Assembly (NCBI GenBank): GCA_903864905.1
Contig: CAIPHR010000054.1
Span: 1-46,346 of the forward strand
From: an uncultured bacterium
GTDB lineage: Bacteria; Patescibacteriota; Minisyncoccia; Phycocordibacterales; PALSA-1337
DNA: 46,346 nucleotides
Direction: 5' to 3'
Shown here in pieces: positions 18,210-27,929 of this stretch. Numbering within the stretch: the stretch's first letter is position 1; the number at the start of each line of letters is the position of its first letter. The notes below the pieces were generated by a model. The model did not search any database. It saw only the letters and a list, made by a program, of their open reading frames with translations, and was not told where the DNA came from. Position numbers and translations under genes: made by a program.

Positions 18210-19220
18210 ATGAAAAATACTCAAAAAGGTTTCGTCGTACCCTTAATTATTGCGGTGATAGTGATACTCGCAATCGGTGGTGGATTATATTATCAATCAC
18301 ATAAAAAATCAGTCGGTAGTGTTGTTATTAGTAATGTACCAGCGCCAACTGATAACTCATCATATACATATCCAACACCGACTAGGTATCAAGCTACAGG
18401 CGCAAGTGCGTCATGGCCACTATACACGAATGACCAATACGGGTTTCATGTAAAATATCCTGATAAAAATTGGTCAATAGCATCAAGTCCAAATAGAGTT
18501 TCGTTCACAAAAGATGGTTCTGGTTCTTTTATAGTTAATGCGCAGATTGAGCCTATCGATGCGATGATAGCAACTACCAAAAACAGCATTACAGGATCCT
18601 GTGTAGTCGATAGTGGACTAGTCGCGATTAATGAATTCCAGGCAAAAAAGATGACGTGTCAGGTCCGTTACTTTGATGCTAATTCGTCTGGCGACCAGAG
18701 GACATTCCTCTTTATTGAAAAGGGCGGCGTTTCATATGAGATTTCCTTTAGTTTAGGCACAGGACGAAACAAAAATGATACTACTTTAGAATCCAGTTAT
18801 ATCGAAATGGTTAGCACTTTTGGGTTTAATACGATAAAGGCTGCTCCTTTATCGTCATATTCAGATCCAAAGTATAAATACTCTTTTAAGTATCCGTCTA
18901 CATGGATTACTCATACCGGAGGAAATCAGCTATCATTAGAGTCTAGAGAAGGTGCCGATGGTATCGGAGATCGTCTAGATATTGTAGTTATTGGAAATTC
19001 CACATTTGAGGCAACACGACAATTCCAGGGCAGTCAGATAAGTAATTGTACGCCACAGAAAGTATATTTTATTAACAAAATACTAGGAACAAAATGTGAT
19101 TTCCTAGCAAAGGAGACCTATTTCTTTGAGAAAAATGGAAATCTTTACTATCTCAGTTTGGTACGAATAGTTAGTCCGAGGAGTGTTTTTGACGGTATTC
19201 TTAATAGTTTCAATCTTTAA
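18210..19220 (+). CDS. Membrane-anchored secreted protein with two PsbP-like domains
   Basis: Pilin-like KGF leader plus TM; Y.N..YGF.VKYP..W and Y.D.KY.YSFKYP.TW repeats. Confidence 0.65.
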   Translation: MKNTQKGFVVPLIIAVIVILAIGGGLYYQSHKKSVGSVVISNVPAPTDNSSYTYPTPTRYQATGASASWPLYTNDQYGFHVKYPDKNWSIASSPNRVSFTKDGSGSFIVNAQIEPIDAMIATTKNSITGSCVVDSGLVAINEFQAKKMTCQVRYFDANSSGDQRTFLFIEKGGVSYEISFSLGTGRNKNDTTLESSYIEMVSTFGFNTIKAAPLSSYSDPKYKYSFKYPSTWITHTGGNQLSLESREGADGIGDRLDIVVIGNSTFEATRQFQGSQISNCTPQKVYFINKILGTKCDFLAKETYFFEKNGNLYYLSLVRIVSPRSVFDGILNSFNL

Positions 19221-19311
19221 GGAAATTAGCATGGTATTGCAATCGAATATTATACATATGTATGTTTGTGGAGCGTGATATTAAAGCGGGGAGATAAATC
19301 TAATCAATCTT

Positions 19312-19650
19312 ATGAAGAAAAAATACTGGTTACGAGGAGGGATTATTGGATTTCTGATTCCGGTCATTATTATTGTTATCGTTACAGTGAGAAGTCTTAT
19401 AGTTACAGGTTATGTGCCATTTACCTTAGGAACACCGATGTGGGAACAAAATATCCTAAATATTGTTAGAACATTGTTTCACCTCCACACATTAATGTAC
19501 GGATCGATGCTTGGAACACAAACTACAGAATTAGGCGCAAAAATACTTGTCGCAATGTGGGTAATAATATTTATTGCTCCTATCCTGCTTGGATCTTTGT
19601 TGGGTTGGCTTTATCCAAAAGTAAAAAATATCTGCATGGTACCGCAATAA
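19312..19650 (+). CDS. Small membrane protein
   Basis: Two TM segments, YWLRGG...GSLLGWLY. Confidence 0.6.
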   Translation: MKKKYWLRGGIIGFLIPVIIIVIVTVRSLIVTGYVPFTLGTPMWEQNILNIVRTLFHLHTLMYGSMLGTQTTELGAKILVAMWVIIFIAPILLGSLLGWLYPKVKNICMVPQ

Positions 19651-19683
19651 AATCGGATTAGTTATTATTCAGCGTAATGGCGT

Positions 19684-19757
19684 TTCCAACTTCGTACCAC
19701 AACCCGCACTACTTCGCAATTTGTCTAAAAAGACAAATTGCTTCGAAGTGCAGGCAC
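19684..19757 (+). repeat. att-like site G4 plus REP-like hairpin
   Basis: 74 bp identical to 21654-21727. Confidence 0.9.
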
Positions 19758-19822
19758 TCTGCAAATCACAAATATCATTGAAATAGATCGCGTAGAAGGG
19801 CGGGTTTTGATACAATCCAAGT

Positions 19823-20071
19823 ATGTCCCACTATGTATATATATTAAAATGTTCAGATGCCTCATTCTATGTCGGCTCGTCAGACAATCTAAAGAATAGG
19901 ATCAAGTACCATGATAGAGGTCTGGTCACTTCTACACATAATCGTCGGCCAGTTAAGCTTGTTTGGTACTGTTGTTTTGAAAATAAGACTAAAGCTTTGC
20001 AATTTGAGAAATATCTTAAGAAAGGATCGGGTTTCGCATTTAGCAGGAAGAGTGAACCGTACCCTATTTAG
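19823..20071 (+). CDS. Small GIY-YIG nuclease, extreme C-terminus replaced by an IS end
   Basis: YVYIL...FYVG...RIKYH...ALQFEKYLKKGSG. Confidence 0.85.
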   Translation: MSHYVYILKCSDASFYVGSSDNLKNRIKYHDRGLVTSTHNRRPVKLVWYCCFENKTKALQFEKYLKKGSGFAFSRKSEPYPI

Positions 20072-20304
20072 TAGACACTTTGTGTTCCCGCCCTTCGGGC
20101 TAAAAGATGATTTCTGTATTCGACAGGAGTCATCTTTTTTCTTTCCCACTGATTTCTTTCGTAGTTGTAGTATCGCATATATTCTGTAATTACCAAACGC
20201 AATTCCTCGAAGGTTTTGCAGAACTTGTAATCAAGCTCGTCTTTGAGATGTCCGAACAAGGATTCAATTGGAGCATTGTCGATGCAACTTCCTTTGCCGG
20301 ACAT
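20053..20304 (-). pseudogene. IS3-family transposase C-terminal remnant with right inverted repeat
   Basis: GSCIDNAPIESLFGHLKDE...YYN.ER...TPVEYR; IR tgaaccgtaccctatttagtagacac at 20053-20078. Confidence 0.88.
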
Positions 20305-20418
20305 TGATTGGATTTATAACAAAATTAGAAGCCAAAAGTAGGTTGGTACTATAAAATGAATTTGGGGGTATACATATTGGTACTTTAGAAAATTCTAAAT
20401 GTGCGCTAAAATGAAAGT

Positions 20419-21324
20419 ATGGAAAAACCTGACGAATTCTTATTCGACCGTAAATCTGAATCAACTCCTTTTGACCAAGTCGTAGAATTGAGAGAAGAAA
20501 TGATAGATATTGCCAAGGAACAATTGGAGGTAATTGAACCTGCGTTATGTGACATTCTTTCTAAAATCATAGAGGAGAAACCAGATTATGTGATTTTCCT
20601 AGATAAGGGGGCTCGACTATTTGGGACACCTTTTAGACAGTACTTATCAAGTCTGCATCTGGATAAAAATCCAAAGATAGGATTTTATAATGATGACGCC
20701 GTAAAAGGAGCTTTTCTCAAAAATGAACCTCTGAAAGAAGTTGTCAATAGAGATTTCTCTCAATACAAAGGAAAGAAAGTTTTCTTTATTGACGAAACTT
20801 TTTCGAGTGGCAAAGGAGCCTTAGCCCTAAGATCGATTTTTGATATTGCAGACATTAATGGGAAGTATTTTTCTCTTTCCCAAGATTCAAGGAAGCCTGA
20901 ATTAGAACAAGGAGATAATTTCTACAATATTACTCGTGAAGAATATGACGAACAAATGGCAGTAATGCACAAGGATGAACGTTTTAAGATATATGGAAAC
21001 AAAATTGACATTCTCTTTTCCAAAGGAGCTTCGGAGCTATATGTGATAGATGATCAAAATTTGCCCGCAAACTCCCTATATCATCGAACTCTCCCTAGGT
21101 ATCAATCTTTGCCTAGTTCGGCTGAGAAGGAAGTTTATGATTATTCAAAAAACAGTGGAGAAGCTCCTTCTCCTAGAAAATACACAGAGTTGCCCGAAGG
21201 AATGACTTGGCGACAATATGATGATCAAGTTCGTCAAATAAATTTTGAAACTATTAAAAAATTAAAGGGGATGATTTATAAGACTTTGCTAAAAATTAAA
21301 CTTAGTCGAGATGTTTCGATTTAG
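20419..21324 (+). CDS. Hypothetical protein with PRTase-like motif
   Basis: VIFLDKGAR and VFFIDETFSSGKG resemble a PRPP-binding loop. Confidence 0.55.
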   Translation: MEKPDEFLFDRKSESTPFDQVVELREEMIDIAKEQLEVIEPALCDILSKIIEEKPDYVIFLDKGARLFGTPFRQYLSSLHLDKNPKIGFYNDDAVKGAFLKNEPLKEVVNRDFSQYKGKKVFFIDETFSSGKGALALRSIFDIADINGKYFSLSQDSRKPELEQGDNFYNITREEYDEQMAVMHKDERFKIYGNKIDILFSKGASELYVIDDQNLPANSLYHRTLPRYQSLPSSAEKEVYDYSKNSGEAPSPRKYTELPEGMTWRQYDDQVRQINFETIKKLKGMIYKTLLKIKLSRDVSI

Positions 21325-21368
21325 AATGAATCTGGTCTTTTGTTTCTTTTCAAGTTATACTTTTTGCC

Positions 21369-21632
21369 ATGAAACCAGACGAGCCAAAGCTAGCATTTGA
21401 ACTTCCTCCTAAACCAAAGGTAGGTTTGTATGTTGATGATAGTAATTTATACAAGCGAGGAAAAGCCGCTGGTTGGATGACTGATTACAAGAAGCTTTAC
21501 AAATGGGTTGCGCAACTCAATACGGTAATTCATGCACGTATATATATGGGTAGGCCAAAATATGAACCTGCTAAATCTATCAATGAAGCATTGGCAAAAT
21601 ATTTCACCAAGATGTGGATAATGGTCAAATAG
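21369..21632 (+). pseudogene. Truncated NYN (PIN-like) domain protein
   Basis: VGLYVDDSNLY...DYKKLY; ends at the att arm after only 87 aa. Confidence 0.65.
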
Positions 21633-21651
21633 CCGTATTTAACGCAAGAAA

Positions 21652-21727
21652 GGTTCCAACTTCGTACCACAACCCGCACTACTTCGCAATTTGTCTAAAA
21701 AGACAAATTGCTTCGAAGTGCAGGCAC
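21652..21727 (+). repeat. att-like site G5 plus REP-like hairpin
   Basis: ggttccaacttcgtaccacaacccgcac followed by tacttcgcaatttgtctaaaaagacaaattgcttcgaagtgcaggcac. Confidence 0.9.
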
Positions 21728-21804
21728 AATGATTTGCATTGAGACCAAAAGGTTACAAATTGTCACCAGTTGAAAGTGTGGTGATTTTGTGCAATAATTC
21801 GGAC

Positions 21805-22092
21805 ATGTCAATAGCGGAAATACAAAAGAAAATACATCCGGTTCTCAAGTCATATGGCGTCACCTATGCGGGTATTTTTGGTTCGGTTTCTCGCGGTGAG
21901 GATCGTCCCGATAGTGATGTTGATATCCTAGTTAAGCTCGGTAAACCGATGGGAATGTTTTCCTATATGAAATTGATCGGGGCTATTGAAGGTCTCTTGG
22001 GGCGTAAAGTTGACATGGTTACTGAGCAAAGCTTGAGCAAATTTGTTAAGCCGTATGTTATGCCAGAATTAAAGACTATTTATGAAGGATGA
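21805..22092 (+). CDS. MNT antitoxin (copy 2)
   Basis: Differs from copy 1 by 2 residues. Confidence 0.9.
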   Translation: MSIAEIQKKIHPVLKSYGVTYAGIFGSVSRGEDRPDSDVDILVKLGKPMGMFSYMKLIGAIEGLLGRKVDMVTEQSLSKFVKPYVMPELKTIYEG

Positions 22093-22405
22093 GAAAGTCT
22101 ACATAGAATAGATGTTGGATTCGGTCTCGAAGATCGAAGCCTTTACTCCTGGCATGAAGAAGGAAGATTTCATGAAAGATTCGAAAACGCAAAGTGCCGT
22201 TATCATGCAGTTAACTGTGATAGGTGAATTGGTCAAGAAGATTTCTCCGAAGACAAAAGAGTCGAGTGATATACCATGGAAAGAGATAGCTGGGTTTAGA
22301 GATCGAGCGATTCATCACTATTTTGGAATGGATCTGAATGTGATCTGGGATACCGTGGTATTAGATGTGCCAGTTTTGAAGATCGCCCTCAAAAAATTGT
22401 TATGA
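22082..22405 (+). pseudogene. HEPN/DUF86 toxin copy 2 with nonsense mutation
   Basis: CAG in copy 1 is TAG at 22109-22111 (codon 10). Confidence 0.8.
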
Positions 22406-22566
22406 AGCGTAGATCTAGGGAAGTCGTTTTGAGTTTCAGGGGCGGCCCCACCTGTCGAAGGTGAGAAGTCATTCTATAGCTCGATCAATAAAGCTATTGC
22501 GCGTGGCGATAATGTAGATGCGCTCAAAGATATCATCTATATGCTAAAGTATTCTATGCCAAAAAA

Positions 22567-22587
22567 GGTTCCAACTTCGTATCACAA
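22567..22587 (+). repeat. Degenerate terminal att-like site G6
   Basis: ggttccaacttcgtatcacaa; ACCCGCAC core lost. Confidence 0.75.
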
Positions 22588-22597
22588 ACATTAATAC

Positions 22598-22630
22598 AAA
22601 AAAAGAGTCACATTAGTGACTCTTTTTTTT
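22598..22630. terminator. Bidirectional intrinsic terminator
   Basis: A-tract gagtcac-atta-gtgactc T-tract. Confidence 0.75.
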
Positions 22631-22641
22631 CGCGCATTTCA

Positions 22642-22878
22642 TTATTTTATATCTAGAGCAATTTTGAGTTTTGTTTCATCAAAGCCTACCACTACTTCAT
22701 TACCTACTTTGATAACAGGAACACCCATTTGACCTGTCATATCTATCATCTCTCTTCTTTTCTCAAGATCAGATGATACATTGAACTCCTTGAAAGTCAT
22801 GTTGTATGACTTGAAGAAGGTTTTTGCCATATTGCAATAAACGCAAGTTGGCGTTGAATATATTGAAATTTCTTTCAT
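22642..22878 (-). CDS. Glutaredoxin-like (NrdH-redoxin) protein
   Basis: YSTPTCVYC, GQMGVPVI, VVGFD. Confidence 0.9.
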   Translation of the reverse strand: MKEISIYSTPTCVYCNMAKTFFKSYNMTFKEFNVSSDLEKRREMIDMTGQMGVPVIKVGNEVVVGFDETKLKIALDIK

Positions 22879-22978
22879 AAATATTTTTTATCTTTTTAAC
22901 CGTTTCTAGTAATTCTTATTATTATCAACCTATGGATTTTGATTATAACATAATGCTATTATAAAGACACTACATTTT

Positions 22979-24253
22979 ATGCCTTATCTTAATTTCTTTT
23001 TTGATTTGTCTAGAAACATAGAAAATATCGTCATAGCTGGCGGGTATCCTTTTTTATTCATAATCGTTGTATTGGAAGGTGTACCATTACTGGGCACTGC
23101 AGTACCAGGTCATATATCTATAATATTGGCAGGATTCCTCGCAAGACTCGGAATTTTCAATCTATATTGGGTTTTGATAATAGTTATGATCGCAGCATTA
23201 CTCGGTGATTTCATTGGATTCTGGCTCGGAAGAAAATATGGTATGTCTCTCATCACACGTCTCAGTCCATATTTTTTTATAAAACAGTCACATATAGAGA
23301 AAGCAAAGAAAATGTTAGATAGTCATACAGGTAAAGCATTGATAATAGGACGCTTTAGTCCTGTTACTAGGGCACTCATGCCGTTTCTAGTAGGTACAGG
23401 TGAGATAAAGGCTGGCAAGTTCTGGGTGTTCAATATTGTTGGTGGAGGCTGTTGGGTTATTTTATCTGTTTTATTGGGTTATGTTTTTGGAGAAGGCTTT
23501 CATATTATTTCTGGCTATTTTGGAAAGTTTGCTGTTGTATCTATCATAGTATCTCTACTTATAATATGGGCTTATAAGTTTATAAATTCTAGGTTTCATA
23601 TATTCGCGAAATATGAATTATTCAATTTGGGATTGAATATAGCGTCCATAATTTTATTAGCCAAAACGATACAGGACGCTTGGGCGTCTCAGTCATTCAT
23701 GGCAAATTTTGACGTAGTAGTGAATCTTTTTATGAATAAGATCAATCATGCATATCCTATAATTACATATATTGCTACTTTCATAACCAATATTGGTGGC
23801 ATGGTCGTCCTGATGGTTTTGGGAATAGTATTTGGAATTGTTTTATTATTTAGGCAAAAGTGGCGTATCGGTATCATATTCTTATTATCTACAACTACGA
23901 CCGCCTTTTCTTTGGGGATACTCAAGGAATTCTTCATACGACTCAGACCTGACAATGCTCTCATAACGATAGTCAATGATCCTAGTTTTCCTAGTGGACA
24001 TGCCGCTATGGCTGCAACATTCTTCGTTGTATTCATGTATATGGCTGTACCAAAAATAAAGTCTTTGTTTAAAAGGGAATTACTCATAATATTCTGTACA
24101 TTGTCTGTGATATTTATAGGTTTGAGCCGTGTAGTTCTCAATGTTCATTGGGCTTCAGATGTGATAGGTGGTTGGTCACTTGGTGTATTCATCGCTACAA
24201 GTTCTATACTATTGGTAAGATATATAGGTGTATTGGTTGTTAGGAAAAAATAG
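22979..24253 (+). CDS. DedA/VTT plus PAP2 phosphatase fusion
   Basis: GDFIGFWLGRKYG, GRF.PVTR; K...RLRP, SFPSGH, SRVVLNVHWASDV. Confidence 0.9.
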   Translation: MPYLNFFFDLSRNIENIVIAGGYPFLFIIVVLEGVPLLGTAVPGHISIILAGFLARLGIFNLYWVLIIVMIAALLGDFIGFWLGRKYGMSLITRLSPYFFIKQSHIEKAKKMLDSHTGKALIIGRFSPVTRALMPFLVGTGEIKAGKFWVFNIVGGGCWVILSVLLGYVFGEGFHIISGYFGKFAVVSIIVSLLIIWAYKFINSRFHIFAKYELFNLGLNIASIILLAKTIQDAWASQSFMANFDVVVNLFMNKINHAYPIITYIATFITNIGGMVVLMVLGIVFGIVLLFRQKWRIGIIFLLSTTTTAFSLGILKEFFIRLRPDNALITIVNDPSFPSGHAAMAATFFVVFMYMAVPKIKSLFKRELLIIFCTLSVIFIGLSRVVLNVHWASDVIGGWSLGVFIATSSILLVRYIGVLVVRKK

Positions 24254-24327
24254 TTACGTGGCTTTCATATCTTCTCAGTTCGTATTTTCTACTTTATCAT
24301 GTGGTTTTTTCGTGTATAATTGTATTT

Positions 24328-25077
24328 ATGTATAAAATAATATTATTGCGTCATGGTGAGAGCGTGTGGAATAAGGAGAATCGTTTTACAGGTTGGACAG
24401 ATGTAGATCTATCAGAAAAAGGTATAACTGAGGCTCATATGGCTGGTAGAACATTGAAGAAGCTTGGCTATAGCTTTGATCTAGCTTTTCAGAATCCTTT
24501 GAAAAGGGTTACCAAGACTCTAGGAATAGTTCTTCAGGAACTGGGAGAACAAAATATTGATATACGCACAGCATGGCAGTTAAATGAACGCCATTATGGT
24601 GCATTGCAAGGTTTGAATAAAGCAGAAACTGCCGAAAAGTATGGTGAAGATCAAGTAAAGATTTGGAGAAGGGGATATGATGTTGCTATACCACCTATAA
24701 CAAAAGATAGTCCTATGTATCCAGGAAAAGATCCTATGTATGCGAGTCTAAAGGAATCTGACATACCTCTATCTGAAAATTTGAAAGATGTAGTTGCTCG
24801 TGTAGTTCCGTATTGGAATAATGAGATAGTTAGAGAATTGAAGAATGGACGTAAGATCATAGTAGCAGCTTCCGGGAATAGTTTGAGGGCAATGGTCAAG
24901 TATATAGAGAAAATATCTGATGAAGCTATTACGGAATTGAATATTCCTACAGCTATACCTCTATCATATGAATTTGATGCAGATCTCAATGTGATCAATA
25001 AAACTTTCTTGGGTGACCTAGAAGAGATAAAAAAAGCCATTGATAAAGTAGCTAGTCAAGGATTAATGAAGAAATGA
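24328..25077 (+). CDS. gpmA: 2,3-bisphosphoglycerate-dependent phosphoglycerate mutase
   Basis: LLRHGESVWNKENRFTGWTDV, LNERHYGALQGLNK. Confidence 0.95.
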   Translation: MYKIILLRHGESVWNKENRFTGWTDVDLSEKGITEAHMAGRTLKKLGYSFDLAFQNPLKRVTKTLGIVLQELGEQNIDIRTAWQLNERHYGALQGLNKAETAEKYGEDQVKIWRRGYDVAIPPITKDSPMYPGKDPMYASLKESDIPLSENLKDVVARVVPYWNNEIVRELKNGRKIIVAASGNSLRAMVKYIEKISDEAITELNIPTAIPLSYEFDADLNVINKTFLGDLEEIKKAIDKVASQGLMKK

Positions 25078-25279
25078 CGTATTGAGTGAAGTTTATTTCA
25101 CAAAGATAGAAAATTGTTGTCTAATATTAAGTAAAATTACATCATACTGAGGGAGCTATATTATAGGGCATTATTTCATACAATACTTTGACGACTAGTC
25201 AAGTTGATGAGGAAAAAGAGATCACTCTTGCCGGTCGAGTATAATTTGTACACGGGAGTTAACCAACCCGTACAATAAT

Positions 25280-25351
25280 ATGGCAAGGACAAAGAAGCCG
25301 GAGCCTCAGGCTCCTCAGACTCCTCCTCCAGCACCAGCCCCACAGGCATAA
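25280..25351 (+). CDS. Possible 23-aa Pro-rich peptide
   Basis: MARTKKPEPQAPQTPPPAPAPQA; TATAAT upstream and terminator downstream. Confidence 0.3.
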   Translation: MARTKKPEPQAPQTPPPAPAPQA

Positions 25352-25367
25352 GGTGATGAGTCGAGTT

Positions 25368-25399
25368 AAAAGAAAACCCTGTAAAAGGGTTTTTCTTTT
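25368..25399. terminator. Intrinsic terminator
   Basis: aaaagaaaaccct-gtaaa-agggtttttctttt. Confidence 0.65.
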
Positions 25400-25461
25400 G
25401 TTTACTCAGTGTTAATGATCACATTGAAGACTATACTATTCTTCAATAAATTCACTAGCAA

Positions 25462-26757
<1,296 letters not shown>

Positions 26758-27062
26758 TTAATAGATTATTTGCCAATTATAGTCGTTTTATCATTATTTC
26801 ACAAATATTATTAAACTTTAATAATATTGAATTACAACACACTTTTCAGTTCCGATATGAGGCTACTAAATGTATGCAATAATCAGAATACCACCTCTCA
26901 CTAGCCGATTGGAGGAAGTAAAAAGTGTGTTGTAATGACCTAGCATAGTATCTCGATGGTTCGAGGACTGGAGTTAGCGAAAGCGCCCGCAGAACCGGAG
27001 AGATATTTATAGCGGGGTTATTCAATCTTCACAATTCATAAAAACTGTGTTATTCTATATTA

Positions 27063-27929
27063 ATGATAGAAAAAAATACTTCATGGGGCCCAATTGCAGA
27101 TTGGTATGATGGTTTAGTTGAAGATACGAGTGATTCGTACCAAAAGAACGTACTTATGCCCAACTTGATCCGACTCATAGTGCCAAAAGCTGGCATGACT
27201 ATTTTGGACGTTGCTTGTGGTCAAGGGTATTTTTCTAGAGCTTTTGCAAATAATGGTGCTGAAGTTATTGGTTCTGATGTCTCTATAGAACTCATCGAAT
27301 TGGCGAATAAGCATATAATTGGTAAAGGTAGGGGAATAGGATCACTAAATTATCATGTGTCAGAATCACATAAGCTTTCATTTGTCGCTGATCTAACTGT
27401 CGATATTGTTGTTATAGTTCTAGCACTACAAAATATTGATAAAATGATGGAAACGATTCAGGAATGCAGTAGAACATTGAAGGTTGGTGGAAAATTGATA
27501 TTGGTTTTGAATCACCCAGCATTTCGCATACCCAAGAATTCTTCTTGGAGATGGGCTTCCTCGATAGCCGCTCCCGCAGGCGAAAATGTTCTCACGACTT
27601 GCGAAGCAACGAAGGGAGGAACATTGTCGCAGAGAGGGATCGGGGACGAAAAGATGTACAGACGCATTGATAGCTATATGTCGGACGCACAGATCAAGGT
27701 TGATATGACGCCAGGTGAAAAGTCGGCTGATAAAAAGAAATTTACAGTTTCATTCCATAGACCACTACAGTCCTATTTCAAAGCATTGACTAAAGGAGGC
27801 CTAGTGATTACTCGCTTCGAAGAGTGGATATCACATAAGAAGAGTCAGATAGGACCACGATCTACAGAAGAAGACCGTATGAGGAAAGAGATACCTATGT
27901 TCTTGATGATTGAAAGTAAGAAAGTATGA
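27063..27929 (+). CDS. Class I SAM-dependent methyltransferase with probable in-frame insertion
   Basis: ILDVACGQG, NHPAFRIP, FHRPLQ. Confidence 0.85.
   Translation: MIEKNTSWGPIADWYDGLVEDTSDSYQKNVLMPNLIRLIVPKAGMTILDVACGQGYFSRAFANNGAEVIGSDVSIELIELANKHIIGKGRGIGSLNYHVSESHKLSFVADLTVDIVVIVLALQNIDKMMETIQECSRTLKVGGKLILVLNHPAFRIPKNSSWRWASSIAAPAGENVLTTCEATKGGTLSQRGIGDEKMYRRIDSYMSDAQIKVDMTPGEKSADKKKFTVSFHRPLQSYFKALTKGGLVITRFEEWISHKKSQIGPRSTEEDRMRKEIPMFLMIESKKV

Larger units (their letters stand above)
757..22587. mobile_element. tRNA-Gly-anchored tandem integrative element / cassette array (about 7 units)
   Basis: Starts at the tRNA 3' end; subdivided by co-oriented att-like sites at 7210, 10711, 11424, 17163, 19684, 21652 and 22567; housekeeping-type genes resume after 22600. 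Confidence 0.8.

Noticed and set aside
22109-22111. Stop-codon reassignment or readthrough
   Set aside because: TAG, TGA and TAA all end conserved genes normally in this window; a single nonsense mutation is simpler
7210-22587. 27-28-bp repeats as a CRISPR array
   Set aside because: Spacing is 0.7-8 kb with whole genes between copies; no cas genes; the repeat encodes the integrase tail
757-22587. Classical integron
   Set aside because: No tyrosine recombinase, sites are not RYYYAAC...GTTRRRY attC hairpins, and cargo genes occur in both orientations with their own -10 boxes
25280-25294. MARTK as a histone H3 tail mimic
   Set aside because: Only five residues match and the ORF itself is unproven
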